Source of the DNA: Oscillospiraceae bacterium | GTDB lineage: Bacteria; Bacillota; Clostridia; Oscillospirales; CAG-272 | Length of the DNA: 64,000 nt | NCBI GenBank assembly: GCA_015064285.1 | Contig: SVSN01000008.1 | Location: 9,498-73,497 of the forward strand | Reading direction: 5' to 3' | Shown: in pieces, positions 39,276 through 49,515 of the stretch | Numbering within the stretch: the stretch's first letter is position 1 | How the letters are laid out: each line of letters begins with the position of its first letter | Translations under genes and position numbers: made by a program | The notes under the pieces: model-generated | What the model was told of the DNA's origin: nothing | The model's input: only the letters and a program-made list of their open reading frames with translations | Databases searched by the model: none

Positions 39276-41345
39276 TTACCGTTCGATCACCGCGCACCAG
39301 CTTTCGGTCAGAGCTGTTTTGTCCGCCATGGCCAGCCGGTCATTCAGGATAACGGTACGCAGATTGGCAAACAGTACCAGATCAGCCAGATCCATTGCGT
39401 ATCTTCCCGTGGTATCCGGAATCATACCGGACAGGCATTTGCTCCCCAGTTTTCCATCACTTTCCAGCATATCAAGCAGGGCTTCCCGTTCCGTTTCCGT
39501 CAGTGTGGGATCCAGAAACGCCATGGGGCTGCTCAGCGCTGCCGGTGACAGGGCGAATATCTCTCCCCGACGGTGATCCCGGAGCTGACTGAGAATATCA
39601 CTTTTGAAGGGGTCAAATGCGATGCCGTTTGCTGTGCAGTACCGTTCAAAAGCTGCGGTTATCTCGGATTCCGGGGCGTTCACATCCAGGCTGTTTTCCC
39701 GGATCACAGTCATGTAAATTTCCTGAGCATACCGTTCCAGTGTTTCTTCTGTTCCGTCCAGACAGGTATACCGTGACAGAAGCTCCAGACAGGCATTTTC
39801 ATCCTTCGGCAGATACCGTTCCAGTACCGGCAGGGGGCATACATCCGGCAGTAGATCCACAGCGCAGTCATACCGCAGATCCATCCACAGAGGTTCATCA
39901 CCACTTGCCGGTACCGGGATCCGGCTTTCCATACGGTACCGCAGATCCGGAGAGATGCCGTCCGCAAGTCCTCCCTGCTCCAGTATGATCGTCCATTCTT
40001 CGCCGGAAAGATCGGTTTGCACATAATATTTGCCTTCGTTGATGGTACAGCAGAGCGCCAGTGTATCTCCGCCGGACTGGCTGCGGACTTTTTCCGCTTT
40101 TCTGGAAAAAGAGAATTCCAGAGACCAGATCCCATCCAGATGCTCCATGGTAACCGGTACATCGTCACGAAGATTGTAGTATTCACGGATTACCGTTTCC
40201 AGATAAGGACTTGAAAAACGGATCATGGGATTGGTAAGCGGGGCAGTATCAAGAGATGAAAACAGGCAGAGATGAAGAAGAAAAACCATAAGCAGTGCGG
40301 AAGACAGCTGCAGACCGCCTTTTAAGGCAACAGGCTTTTCGTCAGTTATCAGATTCCGGTATCTGCGCAGCAGCAGTTCTTTGGTGCCGGATGCATAACT
40401 GAAAAGCTCACCGCGGATGATTCTGCCCTGTGTTTTCTGTTCGGCAATCGCCAGAATGGTCTGCATATACCGGCTGCAGCGGGCAGAACCGATAAAGGAA
40501 AGTACCATCCGGTCACAGCCGAGTTCACAGTCTTCGTACACCTGCCGCCGGACTTCTCCCGCAAAAGGGGCAGGAAAGTGTACCGAGGTGGCAATCAGCG
40601 CGAGAACCTTGAGGAAAAAGTCGTGTCTTTTGACATGACACAGTTCATGGAGGAAAATGTACTCCAGCTCATCCGATGCCATCCGGGACTGGGTATGAGA
40701 AATGTATACTGTGGGCGTGAAAAAACCGGATGTGCAGGGAGAGAGATGAATCCCCGGCTCCACTATACGGAGCTGCGGTTTTCTGTGAAGTTTCACCTGC
40801 AAGGCGGATAAGCGGAAAACTTCACAGAGTCTTTCGTCATGGCATACGGAAGAGCGGCTGGTGAGATAGCGGATGCTTTCGGCATAAGCACAGATTCTGT
40901 GTGTCAGATGAGCCAGAGCCAGTGTGATCCAGAGAAACAAAGAAAATGCAGTAATATAATTTAAGGCTGACCATAACTCTTTGGATATGTGAAGACCATC
41001 GGGCAATGCTGCCTTGGGAAGTTCACGGGGAAGCTGGGAAAGCCGAATGGTTCCGTCCTCGGCCGGAGTCAGTGAAGGGAGAAGTGCCTGGATTTCTGTT
41101 TCCGCAGGCAGAACGGAAATCACGCGGCTTCCGTCTGCAGCCAGTGTCATTTCAATCTGTGCGGGACAATGGGAACCGGACAGGGAAAGGGGCAGAAGCG
41201 GTAGAAGAAAAAGAACGCTCCACACCACGGAAGGCAGCCGTCGGCACCATTTTCGGCGCAGGACTGTCAACAGGGCGGAAGCGGCAGAAAAAAGCAGAAA
41301 AAGAGAGAGCAGCATAAAAAACAGAATCATGATCCGGTTTTCCAT
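39276..41345 (-). CDS. BlaR1/MecR1-like M56 peptidase-domain signal transducer with non-PBP C-terminal domain
   Basis: N-terminal TM region with the zinc motif HELCHVKRHD. The C-terminal ~350 aa show no SxxK/penicillin-binding motifs that I can see. Confidence 0.8.
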   Translation of the reverse strand: MENRIMILFFMLLSLFLLFSAASALLTVLRRKWCRRLPSVVWSVLFLLPLLPLSLSGSHCPAQIEMTLAADGSRVISVLPAETEIQALLPSLTPAEDGTIRLSQLPRELPKAALPDGLHISKELWSALNYITAFSLFLWITLALAHLTHRICAYAESIRYLTSRSSVCHDERLCEVFRLSALQVKLHRKPQLRIVEPGIHLSPCTSGFFTPTVYISHTQSRMASDELEYIFLHELCHVKRHDFFLKVLALIATSVHFPAPFAGEVRRQVYEDCELGCDRMVLSFIGSARCSRYMQTILAIAEQKTQGRIIRGELFSYASGTKELLLRRYRNLITDEKPVALKGGLQLSSALLMVFLLHLCLFSSLDTAPLTNPMIRFSSPYLETVIREYYNLRDDVPVTMEHLDGIWSLEFSFSRKAEKVRSQSGGDTLALCCTINEGKYYVQTDLSGEEWTIILEQGGLADGISPDLRYRMESRIPVPASGDEPLWMDLRYDCAVDLLPDVCPLPVLERYLPKDENACLELLSRYTCLDGTEETLERYAQEIYMTVIRENSLDVNAPESEITAAFERYCTANGIAFDPFKSDILSQLRDHRRGEIFALSPAALSSPMAFLDPTLTETEREALLDMLESDGKLGSKCLSGMIPDTTGRYAMDLADLVLFANLRTVILNDRLAMADKTALTESWCAVIER

Positions 41346-41370
41346 GCGTGCCCTCCCGTGTATGCTTTCA

Positions 41371-41772
41371 TTATTTCTTTTCAGCTTCAGCGATAACCTT
41401 CTTCAGTTCGGCGATGTCTTCGGCAGACAGGTCATCGGCTTCGATCAGATTGGAAATCAGACCCAGGCGATTGCCTACATAAACCCGTTCCACGAAATCA
41501 CCGGCAACAAAGCGGCGGTATTCGTCGGCATCGATCAGGGGCTTGTAGCAGTTGGCACGGCTCAGCTTTTCGGAACTGATAAAGCCTTTGTTCTGCAGTC
41601 TGGTGATCAGAGTCAGAACGGTAGTCAGCTTCAGACGGCAGAGAGCGGGGAAACGCTTCATGATCAGACCGGCAGAAACAAACTTTTCTCCTTCGGCGTT
41701 CAGTGCCCAGATTGCCTGCATAACTTCCAGTTCGCTTTCAGGCAGCTTGATAAAATCCTTATTATCAGACAT
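41371..41772 (-). CDS. BlaI/MecI/CopY-family transcriptional repressor
   Basis: 133-aa wHTH (ELEVMQAIWALN ... LTTVLTLITRLQNKGF). It is upstream of and co-oriented with the M56 gene. Confidence 0.85.
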   Translation of the reverse strand: MSDNKDFIKLPESELEVMQAIWALNAEGEKFVSAGLIMKRFPALCRLKLTTVLTLITRLQNKGFISSEKLSRANCYKPLIDADEYRRFVAGDFVERVYVGNRLGLISNLIEADDLSAEDIAELKKVIAEAEKK

Positions 41773-41864
41773 AAGAATCCTCCTTTTACACAGGAAAGAG
41801 ACAATTCTCTTCCGAAAATGTCCGGCAGATGACTGTTTGCCGGATATATATGGGTTATGCCTAT

Positions 41865-41893
41865 ATTATACCATGCATTTCTACACAAGTCAA
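41865..41893 (-). promoter_or_regulatory. sigma-A promoter of the blaI-blaR1-like operon
   Basis: Minus strand TTGACT-17 nt-TATAAT. Confidence 0.6.
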
Positions 41894-42140
41894 TGCCAAA
41901 TCTATAAATTTCTTAATGAAATCTTCATATGACTATAGTAAATTTGTCGTAAAATAAGAGATAACCAAAAGTAGAAGTTGGTGTGAAACCATTAAAATAC
42001 AGAATATCGAATATATTTCCGAATGGTTTTTGGGTGTATAAAGGCGGGAAATGGAAAAGGACATGGTCGCAATACCCTGAAAAACAGAATTGGAAAAGAG
42101 TTTTTTCTTCTTCAGCCAAGGAAAAACTACGAAAACACGC

Positions 42141-42169
42141 TTGACAAAAACATTACGGGGCGTTATAAT
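42141..42169 (+). promoter_or_regulatory. sigma-A promoter of the ileS leader
   Basis: Consensus TTGACA-17 nt-TATAAT. Confidence 0.75.
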
Positions 42170-42189
42170 AAAGATATAATACTATGTCA

Positions 42190-42441
42190 AAAGCGTTGAC
42201 GAAGAGAGTACCTGTTTTTCTTATCCGTAAAGCGAGCCGGCGGCGGTGCGAGTCCGGTGGGATGGTTAACAGAGAAAATCACTTCCGAGCTGCAGGGTGA
42301 ATGTCGTCCGGAATGCTTCCGTGGTCGGCTGTAGTCTGTGCCGGTTTTCCCGCCGTTATCTGGGAAGCATATGATGGTATGTAGTGGTGGTATAGCGGAG
42401 TTTTGCCTTCGTCCAGTGCGGACGTGGGCTTTTTTGTTTTT
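42190..42441 (+). promoter_or_regulatory. T-box leader (Ile specifier) with terminator
   Basis: Stem I elements GAAGAGAGTA and GGTGCGA. Candidate specifier AUC followed by A at 42278-42281. T-box-like GTGGTGGTATAGCGG (42383-42398). Terminator stem 42405-42429 plus T-run. Confidence 0.75.
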
Positions 42442-42474
42442 ATCACCTGTGTACAAAACAAAAAGGAGAAGAAA

Positions 42475-45400
42475 ATGTACAAGAAAGTTTCGACCAACAT
42501 GAACTTCGTGGACAGAGAAAGAGAAACACTGAAGTTCTGGCAGGAAAACAAGATTTTTGAAAAGCAGCTGTCCGAAAGCGAAGGCAGACCTACTTACACT
42601 TTCTACGACGGCCCCCCGACCGCCAACGGTAAGCCCCACATCGGTCACGTATTGACCCGTGTTATCAAGGACATGATTCCCCGCTACCAGTGGATGAAGG
42701 GTATGGACGTGCCCCGTAAAGCCGGCTGGGATACCCACGGTCTGCCTGTGGAAATCGAAGTAGAAAAGAAGCTGGGGCTGGACGGTAAGGAACAGATCGA
42801 ACAGTACGGTCTGGAACCTTTTATCAACGAATGTAAAGAATCCGTGTGGAAGTACAAGGGTATGTGGGAAGATTTCTCCGGTACCGTTGGTTTCTGGGCG
42901 GATATGGACAATCCCTATGTAACTTATGACAACAACTTTATCGAATCCGAATGGTGGGCGCTGAAGCAGATCTGGGACAAGGGCCTGCTGTACAAGGGCT
43001 TCAAGATCGTGCCCTACTGCCCCCGCTGCGGTACTCCTCTGTCCGCACAGGAAGTAGCCCAGGGGTATAAGACCGTCAAGGAACGCTCCGCCGTTGTCCG
43101 CTTCAAGGTTGTAGGCGAAGACGCATACTTCCTGGCATGGACCACCACGCCCTGGACACTGCCCTCCAATGTGGGGCTGTGCATGAACCCCGATGAAACC
43201 TACTGCAAGGTTGCCGCTGCCGACGGATATACCTATTACATGGCAGAAGCACTGCTGGATAAGGTGCTGGGCAAGCTGAAGACCGAAGATACGCCTGCAT
43301 ACACCGTGCTGGAAACCTACACCGGTAAGGAACTGGAATACAAGGAATACGAACCTCTCTTTGCCTGTGCCGGGGAAGCCGCTGCCAAGCAGAAGAAGAA
43401 GGGCCACTTTGTTACCTGTGACAACTATGTAACCATGAGCGACGGTACCGGTATCGTTCATATCGCTCCCGCATTCGGTGAAGACGACGCCAAGGTAGGC
43501 AGAAAGTATGACCTGCCCTTCGTACAGTTTGTGGACGGCGCCGGCAACATGACTGCCGAAACCGCTTATGCCGGTCTGTTTGTGAAGAAGGCTGACCCTG
43601 TGATCCTGGCTGATCTGGACAAGGAAGGCAAGCTGTTTGAAGCACCCAAGTTTGAACACGAATATCCTCACTGCTGGAGATGCGATACTCCTCTGATCTA
43701 TTACGCCAGAGAATCCTGGTACATCAAGATGACCGATGTCAGAGAAAATCTGGTGCGCAACAACAATACTGTAAACTGGATCCCCGAATCCATCGGTAAG
43801 GGCCGTTTCGGTGACTGGCTGGAAAATGTACAGGACTGGGCAATTTCCCGTAACCGTTACTGGGGTACTCCTCTGAATATCTGGGAATGCTCCTGCGGTC
43901 ACAGACACTCCATCGGTTCCATCGCCGAACTGAAGGAAATGTCCGAAAACTGCCCTGCGGATATCGAGCTGCATCGCCCTTACATCGACGCTGTTACCCT
44001 CAAGTGTCCCGAATGCGGCGGTGAAATGCACCGTGTACCGGAAGTAATCGACTGCTGGTTCGACTCCGGTTCCATGCCTTTCGCACAGCATCACTATCCT
44101 TTTGAAAACGAAGATCTGTTCAAGGCTCAGTTCCCGGCAGACTTCATTTCCGAAGCTGTTGACCAGACCCGCGGCTGGTTCTACTCCTTGATGGCTATCT
44201 CCACTCTGCTGTTCGACTGTTCTCCCTATAAGAACGTTATCGTTCTGGGACACGTACAGGATGAAAACGGCCAGAAGATGTCCAAGTCCAAGGGCAACGC
44301 TGTGGATCCCTTCGATGCACTGAACTCCTACGGCGCTGATGCGATCCGCTGGTATTTCTACACCAACTCCGCACCGTGGCTGCCCTCCCGTTTCAGCGGC
44401 AAGGCCGTTGTGGAAGGCCAGAGAAAGTTCCTGGGTACTCTGTGGAACACCTATGCATTCTATGTACTGTATGCGGATATCGACCAGTTCGATCCCACCA
44501 AGTATCATCTGGACGACTGTGCTCTGACCGTTATGGACAAGTACATTCTGTCTGTGCTGAACACCACTGTAGCCGAAGTAGACGATAATCTGGCAAACTA
44601 CCGGATTCCCGAAGCTGCCCGTGCGCTGAATACCTTTGTGGATGAACTGTCCAACTGGTATGTACGCCGCTGCCGTGAACGGTACTGGGTTCAGGGTATG
44701 CCGGAAGACAAGGTTGCCGCATACATGACTCTGTACACCGCCCTTGTAACCATCGCCAAGACTGCAGCTCCCATGATTCCTTTCATGGCCGACGATATCT
44801 ACCGCAATCTGGTATGCTCCGTGGACGCTTCCGCTCCCCAGTCTATTCACCTGTGCTCTTTCCCCGAAGTGGAAAAGAAATGGATCGATCCCGAACTGGA
44901 AGAAAATATGAAGTTCGTAGTGGATGTTGTGGTGATGGGCCGCGCAGCCCGTAACGGTTCCAACATGAAGACCCGTCAGCCTCTGGCTGCTATGTATATC
45001 AAGGCAGACCGGGAAGTACCGGAATACTACCGTGAAATCATTGCAGAAGAACTGAACGTGAAGACTGTGGAATTCGTGGACGATGTTTCCGCCTTCTCTT
45101 CCTACAGCTTCAAGCCTCAGCTGCGGACCATCGGTCCCAAGTACGGCAAGCTGCTGGGTAAGATCCGCGGCGCTCTGGCTCCCGAAGCCCTGGACGGCAA
45201 CAAGGCTATGGCCGAACTGAAGGAAACCGGTGCGCTCCACTTTGACTTTGACGGAGAAAAGGTGGAACTGACCGAAGCCGATCTGCTCATCGATGTACAG
45301 CAGAAGCCCGGTTACTTCTCCATGGCGGAAGGCACCACCACCATTGCTCTGGATACCAACCTGACCGACGAACTGATCGCAGAAGGATTTGTCCGTGAAG

Positions 45401-45633
45401 TGATCTCCAAGCTGCAGACCATGCGTAAGGAAGCAGATTTCGTGGTGACCGACCATATCCATGTGACCATTGGCGGCAGCGATGAACTGCAGAAGATTCT
45501 CACCGATGCACTGGATGAAATCTCTTCCGTGGTTCTGGCCGAATCCGTGACCTTCGGCACCGATGCTGACGGCTATACCAAGGAATGGGATATCAATGGT
45601 GAAAACGTAACCATGACCGTAAAGAAAGCATAA
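42475..45633 (+). CDS. ileS: isoleucine--tRNA ligase (long, type-2-like)
   Basis: Start MYKKVSTNMNF with an AAAGGAGAAG RBS. HIGH (PHIGHV) and KMSKS motifs. The track ORF's upstream extension lies inside the T-box leader. Confidence 0.95.
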   Translation: MYKKVSTNMNFVDRERETLKFWQENKIFEKQLSESEGRPTYTFYDGPPTANGKPHIGHVLTRVIKDMIPRYQWMKGMDVPRKAGWDTHGLPVEIEVEKKLGLDGKEQIEQYGLEPFINECKESVWKYKGMWEDFSGTVGFWADMDNPYVTYDNNFIESEWWALKQIWDKGLLYKGFKIVPYCPRCGTPLSAQEVAQGYKTVKERSAVVRFKVVGEDAYFLAWTTTPWTLPSNVGLCMNPDETYCKVAAADGYTYYMAEALLDKVLGKLKTEDTPAYTVLETYTGKELEYKEYEPLFACAGEAAAKQKKKGHFVTCDNYVTMSDGTGIVHIAPAFGEDDAKVGRKYDLPFVQFVDGAGNMTAETAYAGLFVKKADPVILADLDKEGKLFEAPKFEHEYPHCWRCDTPLIYYARESWYIKMTDVRENLVRNNNTVNWIPESIGKGRFGDWLENVQDWAISRNRYWGTPLNIWECSCGHRHSIGSIAELKEMSENCPADIELHRPYIDAVTLKCPECGGEMHRVPEVIDCWFDSGSMPFAQHHYPFENEDLFKAQFPADFISEAVDQTRGWFYSLMAISTLLFDCSPYKNVIVLGHVQDENGQKMSKSKGNAVDPFDALNSYGADAIRWYFYTNSAPWLPSRFSGKAVVEGQRKFLGTLWNTYAFYVLYADIDQFDPTKYHLDDCALTVMDKYILSVLNTTVAEVDDNLANYRIPEAARALNTFVDELSNWYVRRCRERYWVQGMPEDKVAAYMTLYTALVTIAKTAAPMIPFMADDIYRNLVCSVDASAPQSIHLCSFPEVEKKWIDPELEENMKFVVDVVVMGRAARNGSNMKTRQPLAAMYIKADREVPEYYREIIAEELNVKTVEFVDDVSAFSSYSFKPQLRTIGPKYGKLLGKIRGALAPEALDGNKAMAELKETGALHFDFDGEKVELTEADLLIDVQQKPGYFSMAEGTTTIALDTNLTDELIAEGFVREVISKLQTMRKEADFVVTDHIHVTIGGSDELQKILTDALDEISSVVLAESVTFGTDADGYTKEWDINGENVTMTVKKA

Positions 45634-45800
45634 ATAAACATTTATTCAGGTAAAAAAGGCTGTTTCCGGGCTTTTCCGGGGCGGCCTTTTCCCTGTATTG
45701 CAGCGTAAATATGCGCAAAATTGGCATCCTCGTGAAAAATATGCCCACAAGGCAGACAACAAGTTGTTGATTCTGCTATGTAAAAAAATGAATAAAGCTA

Positions 45801-45829
45801 TTGATTTAACGACTTTTTTTTGATATAAT
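45801..45829 (+). promoter_or_regulatory. sigma-A promoter of ptsH
   Basis: TTGATT-17 nt-TATAAT with a TGa extended -10. Confidence 0.55.
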
Positions 45830-45960
45830 AATACCGTAGTCTCAGAGGTGTTTACCATTGGGCGGAAGTGTTTCTTTTCGCACATGGGTAGTGAAGTTGG
45901 CCTCGGAAACAGTTTCATCAGAAATGGTGTCATTTATATCATCGTATAGGAGTGTAAACT

Positions 45961-46224
45961 ATGATTTCTCGTGATGTTACCATAAAGAATAACGTTGGTC
46001 TCCATGCCAGACCGGCTACTTTCTTTATTCAGAAGGCAAATTCCTACAAGAGCTCCATCTGGGTTGAAAAGGATGACCGCAGAGTGAATGCCAAGTCCCT
46101 GCTGGGCGTACTGTCCCTGGGTATCGTAAAGGGTATGACCATCACCCTGCTGGCTGACGGTACCGACGAAGCAGAAGCACTGGACGGACTGGCTGCTCTG
46201 ATCGACACCGGTTTTGCTGAATAA
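45961..46224 (+). CDS. ptsH: phosphocarrier protein HPr
   Basis: 87 aa. His-15 site GLHARPA and Ser-46 site NAKSLLGVLSLG. Confidence 0.92.
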   Translation: MISRDVTIKNNVGLHARPATFFIQKANSYKSSIWVEKDDRRVNAKSLLGVLSLGIVKGMTITLLADGTDEAEALDGLAALIDTGFAE

Positions 46225-46431
46225 GCAGAAACAGTCGATAAGTCTGTGAGAATCCACCTGTGATCTGTTTGTGCAGACAGGGTTTTGTTCTGTCGCAGGT
46301 AACTGAAATATTTGAAACGATGTGAGCGATGGTGGCCTATTCACCTTCGCTCAATTTGTTATAGGGGATTTTTCGCGGATTCCATAAAAATACTGTCCAT
46401 AGTGTATACTAAAGAAAAAGGAGGCGCACAT

Positions 46432-48327
46432 ATGAGTCAGAATCTGGAATATCTGCAGTCCAAGGCTGCTGCGCTGCCCCGTGTTCCCGGTGTATACATT
46501 ATGGAAAACGAAAACGGAACCGTGATCTATGTGGGAAAATCCCGTTCTTTGCGTGACAGAGTCAGTCAGTATTTTCATGGTTTCCATGACGGTAAAACCA
46601 GTAAAATGGCTGCAGCCGTCCGGGATTTCCGTTTTATCACCTGCGATACAGAGATGGAAGCACTGGCGTTGGAAAACAGCCTGATCAAGCAATACACGCC
46701 GAGATACAATATCAAGCTCAAGGATGCCAAAAGCTATCCCTATATCAAACTGTCGGTTCGTGACCGGTATCCCAGAATCACCATGTCCCGGAAACGGGTG
46801 CCGGACGGGTCACTGTACTTTGGCCCCTATTCCTCTACACAGACCGTGTATACCGTGATCGCTTCTCTGGAACGGACGCTGGGGATACCTTCCTGTAAGA
46901 AAAAATTCCCGGACGATATTGGCAAAAGCCGCCCCTGTGTATACAAACAAATCGGCCGTTGCATTGGTGTCTGCACCGGCGATGTATCTGAGGCGGAATA
47001 CCGGGAGCGGATCGATCAGGCGGCGCAGATTCTCCGGGGCGGTACCCGGGAAACCATTCAGACTCTGTCAGAGAAAATGTACAAATGTGCGGAAGAAATG
47101 CTGTTTGAAGAGGCGGCGCGGTGCAGAGATACCATCGAGGCTCTGCGTAAGCTCAGTGAGAAGCAGAAGGCGGTTGGTTCTCCCGATGTGGAATGCGACG
47201 TTATCGGTCTGTATATGAAACATTTCGGTGATGAAGCCTCCTTCCGTGACTGTGCTTCTGTATTTTATGTCCGAAGCGGCTATATTGCCGACAGTGAGCA
47301 TTTTCTGTTCGGCAATGAGGAAATTCTCCCGGAATGGGATGACGAAAACGAAATCGATTCGCCGCTGCTTGCATTTCTGGTCAGCCTGTACCAGAGCCGG
47401 GAATTCATCCCGAACGAAATCCTGCTGTCCTTTGAGCTGCCGGAAAACGATCTGTGGCTGCTGACCAATTATATCACCGACCGGGCAGGACATAAAGTGG
47501 TTATCCGTACTCCCAAGCGGGGCGGTTCCCGATATCTTTGTGAAATGGCTGTGTCGGATGCGAAAACCCATTCGGAAAATGCACGGAAGAGGGAAGCCGG
47601 AGAAGAAAAAATGCTGGTGCATCTGGCGTCCCTGCTGCAGCTGGAAGTGCTGCCCCAGCGGATTGAAGCCTACGATATTTCCAATCTGGGTACCGAGCAT
47701 ATTACCGCCGGCATGGTAACTGCCATCGACGGAAAACTGACCAAAAGCGATTACCGTACTTTCAAGATCAAAAGTCAGGCGGGACAGGATGACTATGGTG
47801 CCATGCGGGAAACTATCCTGCGGCGGCTGAATCACATCACAGGGGATCCGGAAGCGAAGGAAGCGCTGGAGTGCCTGCCGGATCTGATTCTGCTGGACGG
47901 GGGCGTGGGGCATGTGCATACCGTCAGAGAAGCCATGGCGGAAATGGGATTCGATATTCCCGTGTTTGGTATGGTGAAGGATGAGTTTCATAAGACCCGC
48001 ACCCTGACCGACGGTGAAAGCGAAATCAATATTGCAAGACAGATGGATGTGTTCCGCTTTATTTATGGACTGCAGGAGGAAGTACACCGGTACACTGTGG
48101 GCAGAATGATGAACGCCAAGCGGAAAACATTGAAAACATCAACATTGGAAAAAATCCATGGGATAGGTCCTGCCAAAGCGAAGCTGCTGATGGAACACAT
48201 GGGAACCCTGACCGCAATCAAAAAAGCGGATGTGGAAACCCTTGCGGCCATTCCCGGCATTTCCCGGACCGACGCCGAAGCTGTATATACCTATTACCGA
48301 CAGGGGAATACCCCGAAGAAAGGATAA
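46432..48327 (+). CDS. uvrC: excinuclease ABC subunit C
   Basis: Start MSQNLEYLQSKAA with an AAAGGAGG RBS. GIY-YIG motif (GVYIMENENGTVIYVGKS), UVR domain and C-terminal HhH. Confidence 0.93.
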   Translation: MSQNLEYLQSKAAALPRVPGVYIMENENGTVIYVGKSRSLRDRVSQYFHGFHDGKTSKMAAAVRDFRFITCDTEMEALALENSLIKQYTPRYNIKLKDAKSYPYIKLSVRDRYPRITMSRKRVPDGSLYFGPYSSTQTVYTVIASLERTLGIPSCKKKFPDDIGKSRPCVYKQIGRCIGVCTGDVSEAEYRERIDQAAQILRGGTRETIQTLSEKMYKCAEEMLFEEAARCRDTIEALRKLSEKQKAVGSPDVECDVIGLYMKHFGDEASFRDCASVFYVRSGYIADSEHFLFGNEEILPEWDDENEIDSPLLAFLVSLYQSREFIPNEILLSFELPENDLWLLTNYITDRAGHKVVIRTPKRGGSRYLCEMAVSDAKTHSENARKREAGEEKMLVHLASLLQLEVLPQRIEAYDISNLGTEHITAGMVTAIDGKLTKSDYRTFKIKSQAGQDDYGAMRETILRRLNHITGDPEAKEALECLPDLILLDGGVGHVHTVREAMAEMGFDIPVFGMVKDEFHKTRTLTDGESEINIARQMDVFRFIYGLQEEVHRYTVGRMMNAKRKTLKTSTLEKIHGIGPAKAKLLMEHMGTLTAIKKADVETLAAIPGISRTDAEAVYTYYRQGNTPKKG

Positions 48328-48330
48328 AAT

Positions 48331-48963
48331 ATGAGGATTATTACCGGAACTGCCAGAGGTACAAAACTGGTTACCCTGGAAGGAGAAGCTACCCGTCCTA
48401 CCATTGACAAAGTAAAGGAAGCCCTGTTTTCCATGATCCAGTTTGACATCGAAGGTCGGAATATCCTGGATCTGTTTGCCGGCAGCGGTCAGCTGGGGCT
48501 GGAAGCCCTGTCCAGAGGAGCAGCCAAAGCTACCTTTATCGATGAATCCCGTCAGGCTGTGGATGTGGTGATTGAGAATGCCAAGAAAACCCATCTGTTT
48601 GATAAATGCCGGATTTCCGCAAGCGGTGCTATCCCCTTTCTGAAGAGTGCTGCCGGTAAGGAGAGCTATGACATCGTATTCCTGGATCCGCCCTACGGTT
48701 CCGATCTGCTGGCCCAGGCGCTGAAGCAGCTGTCCGATGGGAAGGTGCTGGCACCCGGTGCGATTATTGTCTGTGAATGCGATACGGATATCGTCAGCCG
48801 CCGTTCCAAGGTGAAAAAGGATGACGAAGCTTCCGTGGAAAGAGTGCTGGAAGAAGTATTCGGCGGTGATGAAGAAACCATGGCAAAGTACAGCCTGCAG
48901 CGTACTGCAGTATATGGCCGTGCCCGTATCACCCTGCTGAATCTGGCTGATGAGGAAGAATGA
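48331..48963 (+). CDS. rsmD: 16S rRNA (guanine966-N2)-methyltransferase
   Basis: SAM motif DLFAGSGQLGLEALSRGA and the FLDPPY catalytic motif. Confidence 0.85.
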   Translation: MRIITGTARGTKLVTLEGEATRPTIDKVKEALFSMIQFDIEGRNILDLFAGSGQLGLEALSRGAAKATFIDESRQAVDVVIENAKKTHLFDKCRISASGAIPFLKSAAGKESYDIVFLDPPYGSDLLAQALKQLSDGKVLAPGAIIVCECDTDIVSRRSKVKKDDEASVERVLEEVFGGDEETMAKYSLQRTAVYGRARITLLNLADEEE

Positions 48964-49457
48964 CGATGGCTGAGGAACGGATTGCACTGGTTACCGGCAG
49001 TTATGACCCTATCACCGCCGGGCATATGTACCTGATCCGGATTGCTGCCGGTATGTTCGATAAAGTGTATGTGACCATCTGCGCCAATACGGAAAAGGCG
49101 GGAGGCGCTTTTCTGCCGGAAGATCGTGTGAAACTGGCGGAAGATGCGGTAAAACGCGCCGGTTTTGCCAATGTGGAAGTGATCCTGAACGGCGGACTGG
49201 TGTCGGATATTGCTCATGAAACCGGCGCAAAGTATCTGGTGCGGGGTGTTCGCAACGGCATGGATTTTGCCTATGAGTACGACCTTGCCGGTATCATGAA
49301 GCGGTTTGATTCTGCTCTGGAGACAATTTTTCTGCCCACGGCTCCCACGCTGGCCTGTATCAGTGCTACCTATGTGCGGGATCTGCTGAAGTATGATTGT
49401 CCGCTGGGAGATGCTGTTCCCAACGGAGAACTGACAAAGGCACTGTACCGGAAATAA
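48960..49457 (+). CDS. coaD: phosphopantetheine adenylyltransferase
   Basis: GSYDPITAGH nucleotidyltransferase motif. The start overlaps the rsmD stop as ATGA. Confidence 0.9.
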   Translation: MTMAEERIALVTGSYDPITAGHMYLIRIAAGMFDKVYVTICANTEKAGGAFLPEDRVKLAEDAVKRAGFANVEVILNGGLVSDIAHETGAKYLVRGVRNGMDFAYEYDLAGIMKRFDSALETIFLPTAPTLACISATYVRDLLKYDCPLGDAVPNGELTKALYRK

Positions 49458-49465
49458 AAGAACAG

Positions 49466-49515
49466 AAACGGTTTTCGCAGAAGACTTCAGGTCTTTGGAA
49501 AGCCGTTTTTATATT
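49466..49515 (+). terminator. intrinsic terminator after coaD
   Basis: Long hairpin AACGGTTTTC...GAAAGCCGTT with a nested GAAGAC/GTCTT stem, followed by TTTTTATATTT. Confidence 0.6.

Noticed and set aside
41925-42119. 64-aa minus-strand ORF between the blaI-like gene and the ileS promoter
   Set aside because: AT-rich intergenic DNA with no RBS. It lies upstream of the mapped blaI-like promoter, so it would not be part of that operon.
42187-45462. 1091-aa ORF on the minus strand, the longest ORF in the window
   Set aside because: It lies exactly antisense to ileS, which has HIGH and KMSKS motifs, an RBS and a T-box leader. The antisense product has a skewed Gly/His/Val/Gln-rich composition and no recognisable motif. 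It is a classic shadow ORF.
45646-46344. 95-aa and 136-aa minus-strand ORFs around ptsH
   Set aside because: One lies in the ileS-ptsH intergenic region, which contains the ptsH promoter. The other is antisense to ptsH itself, and ptsH has both phosphorylation-site motifs.
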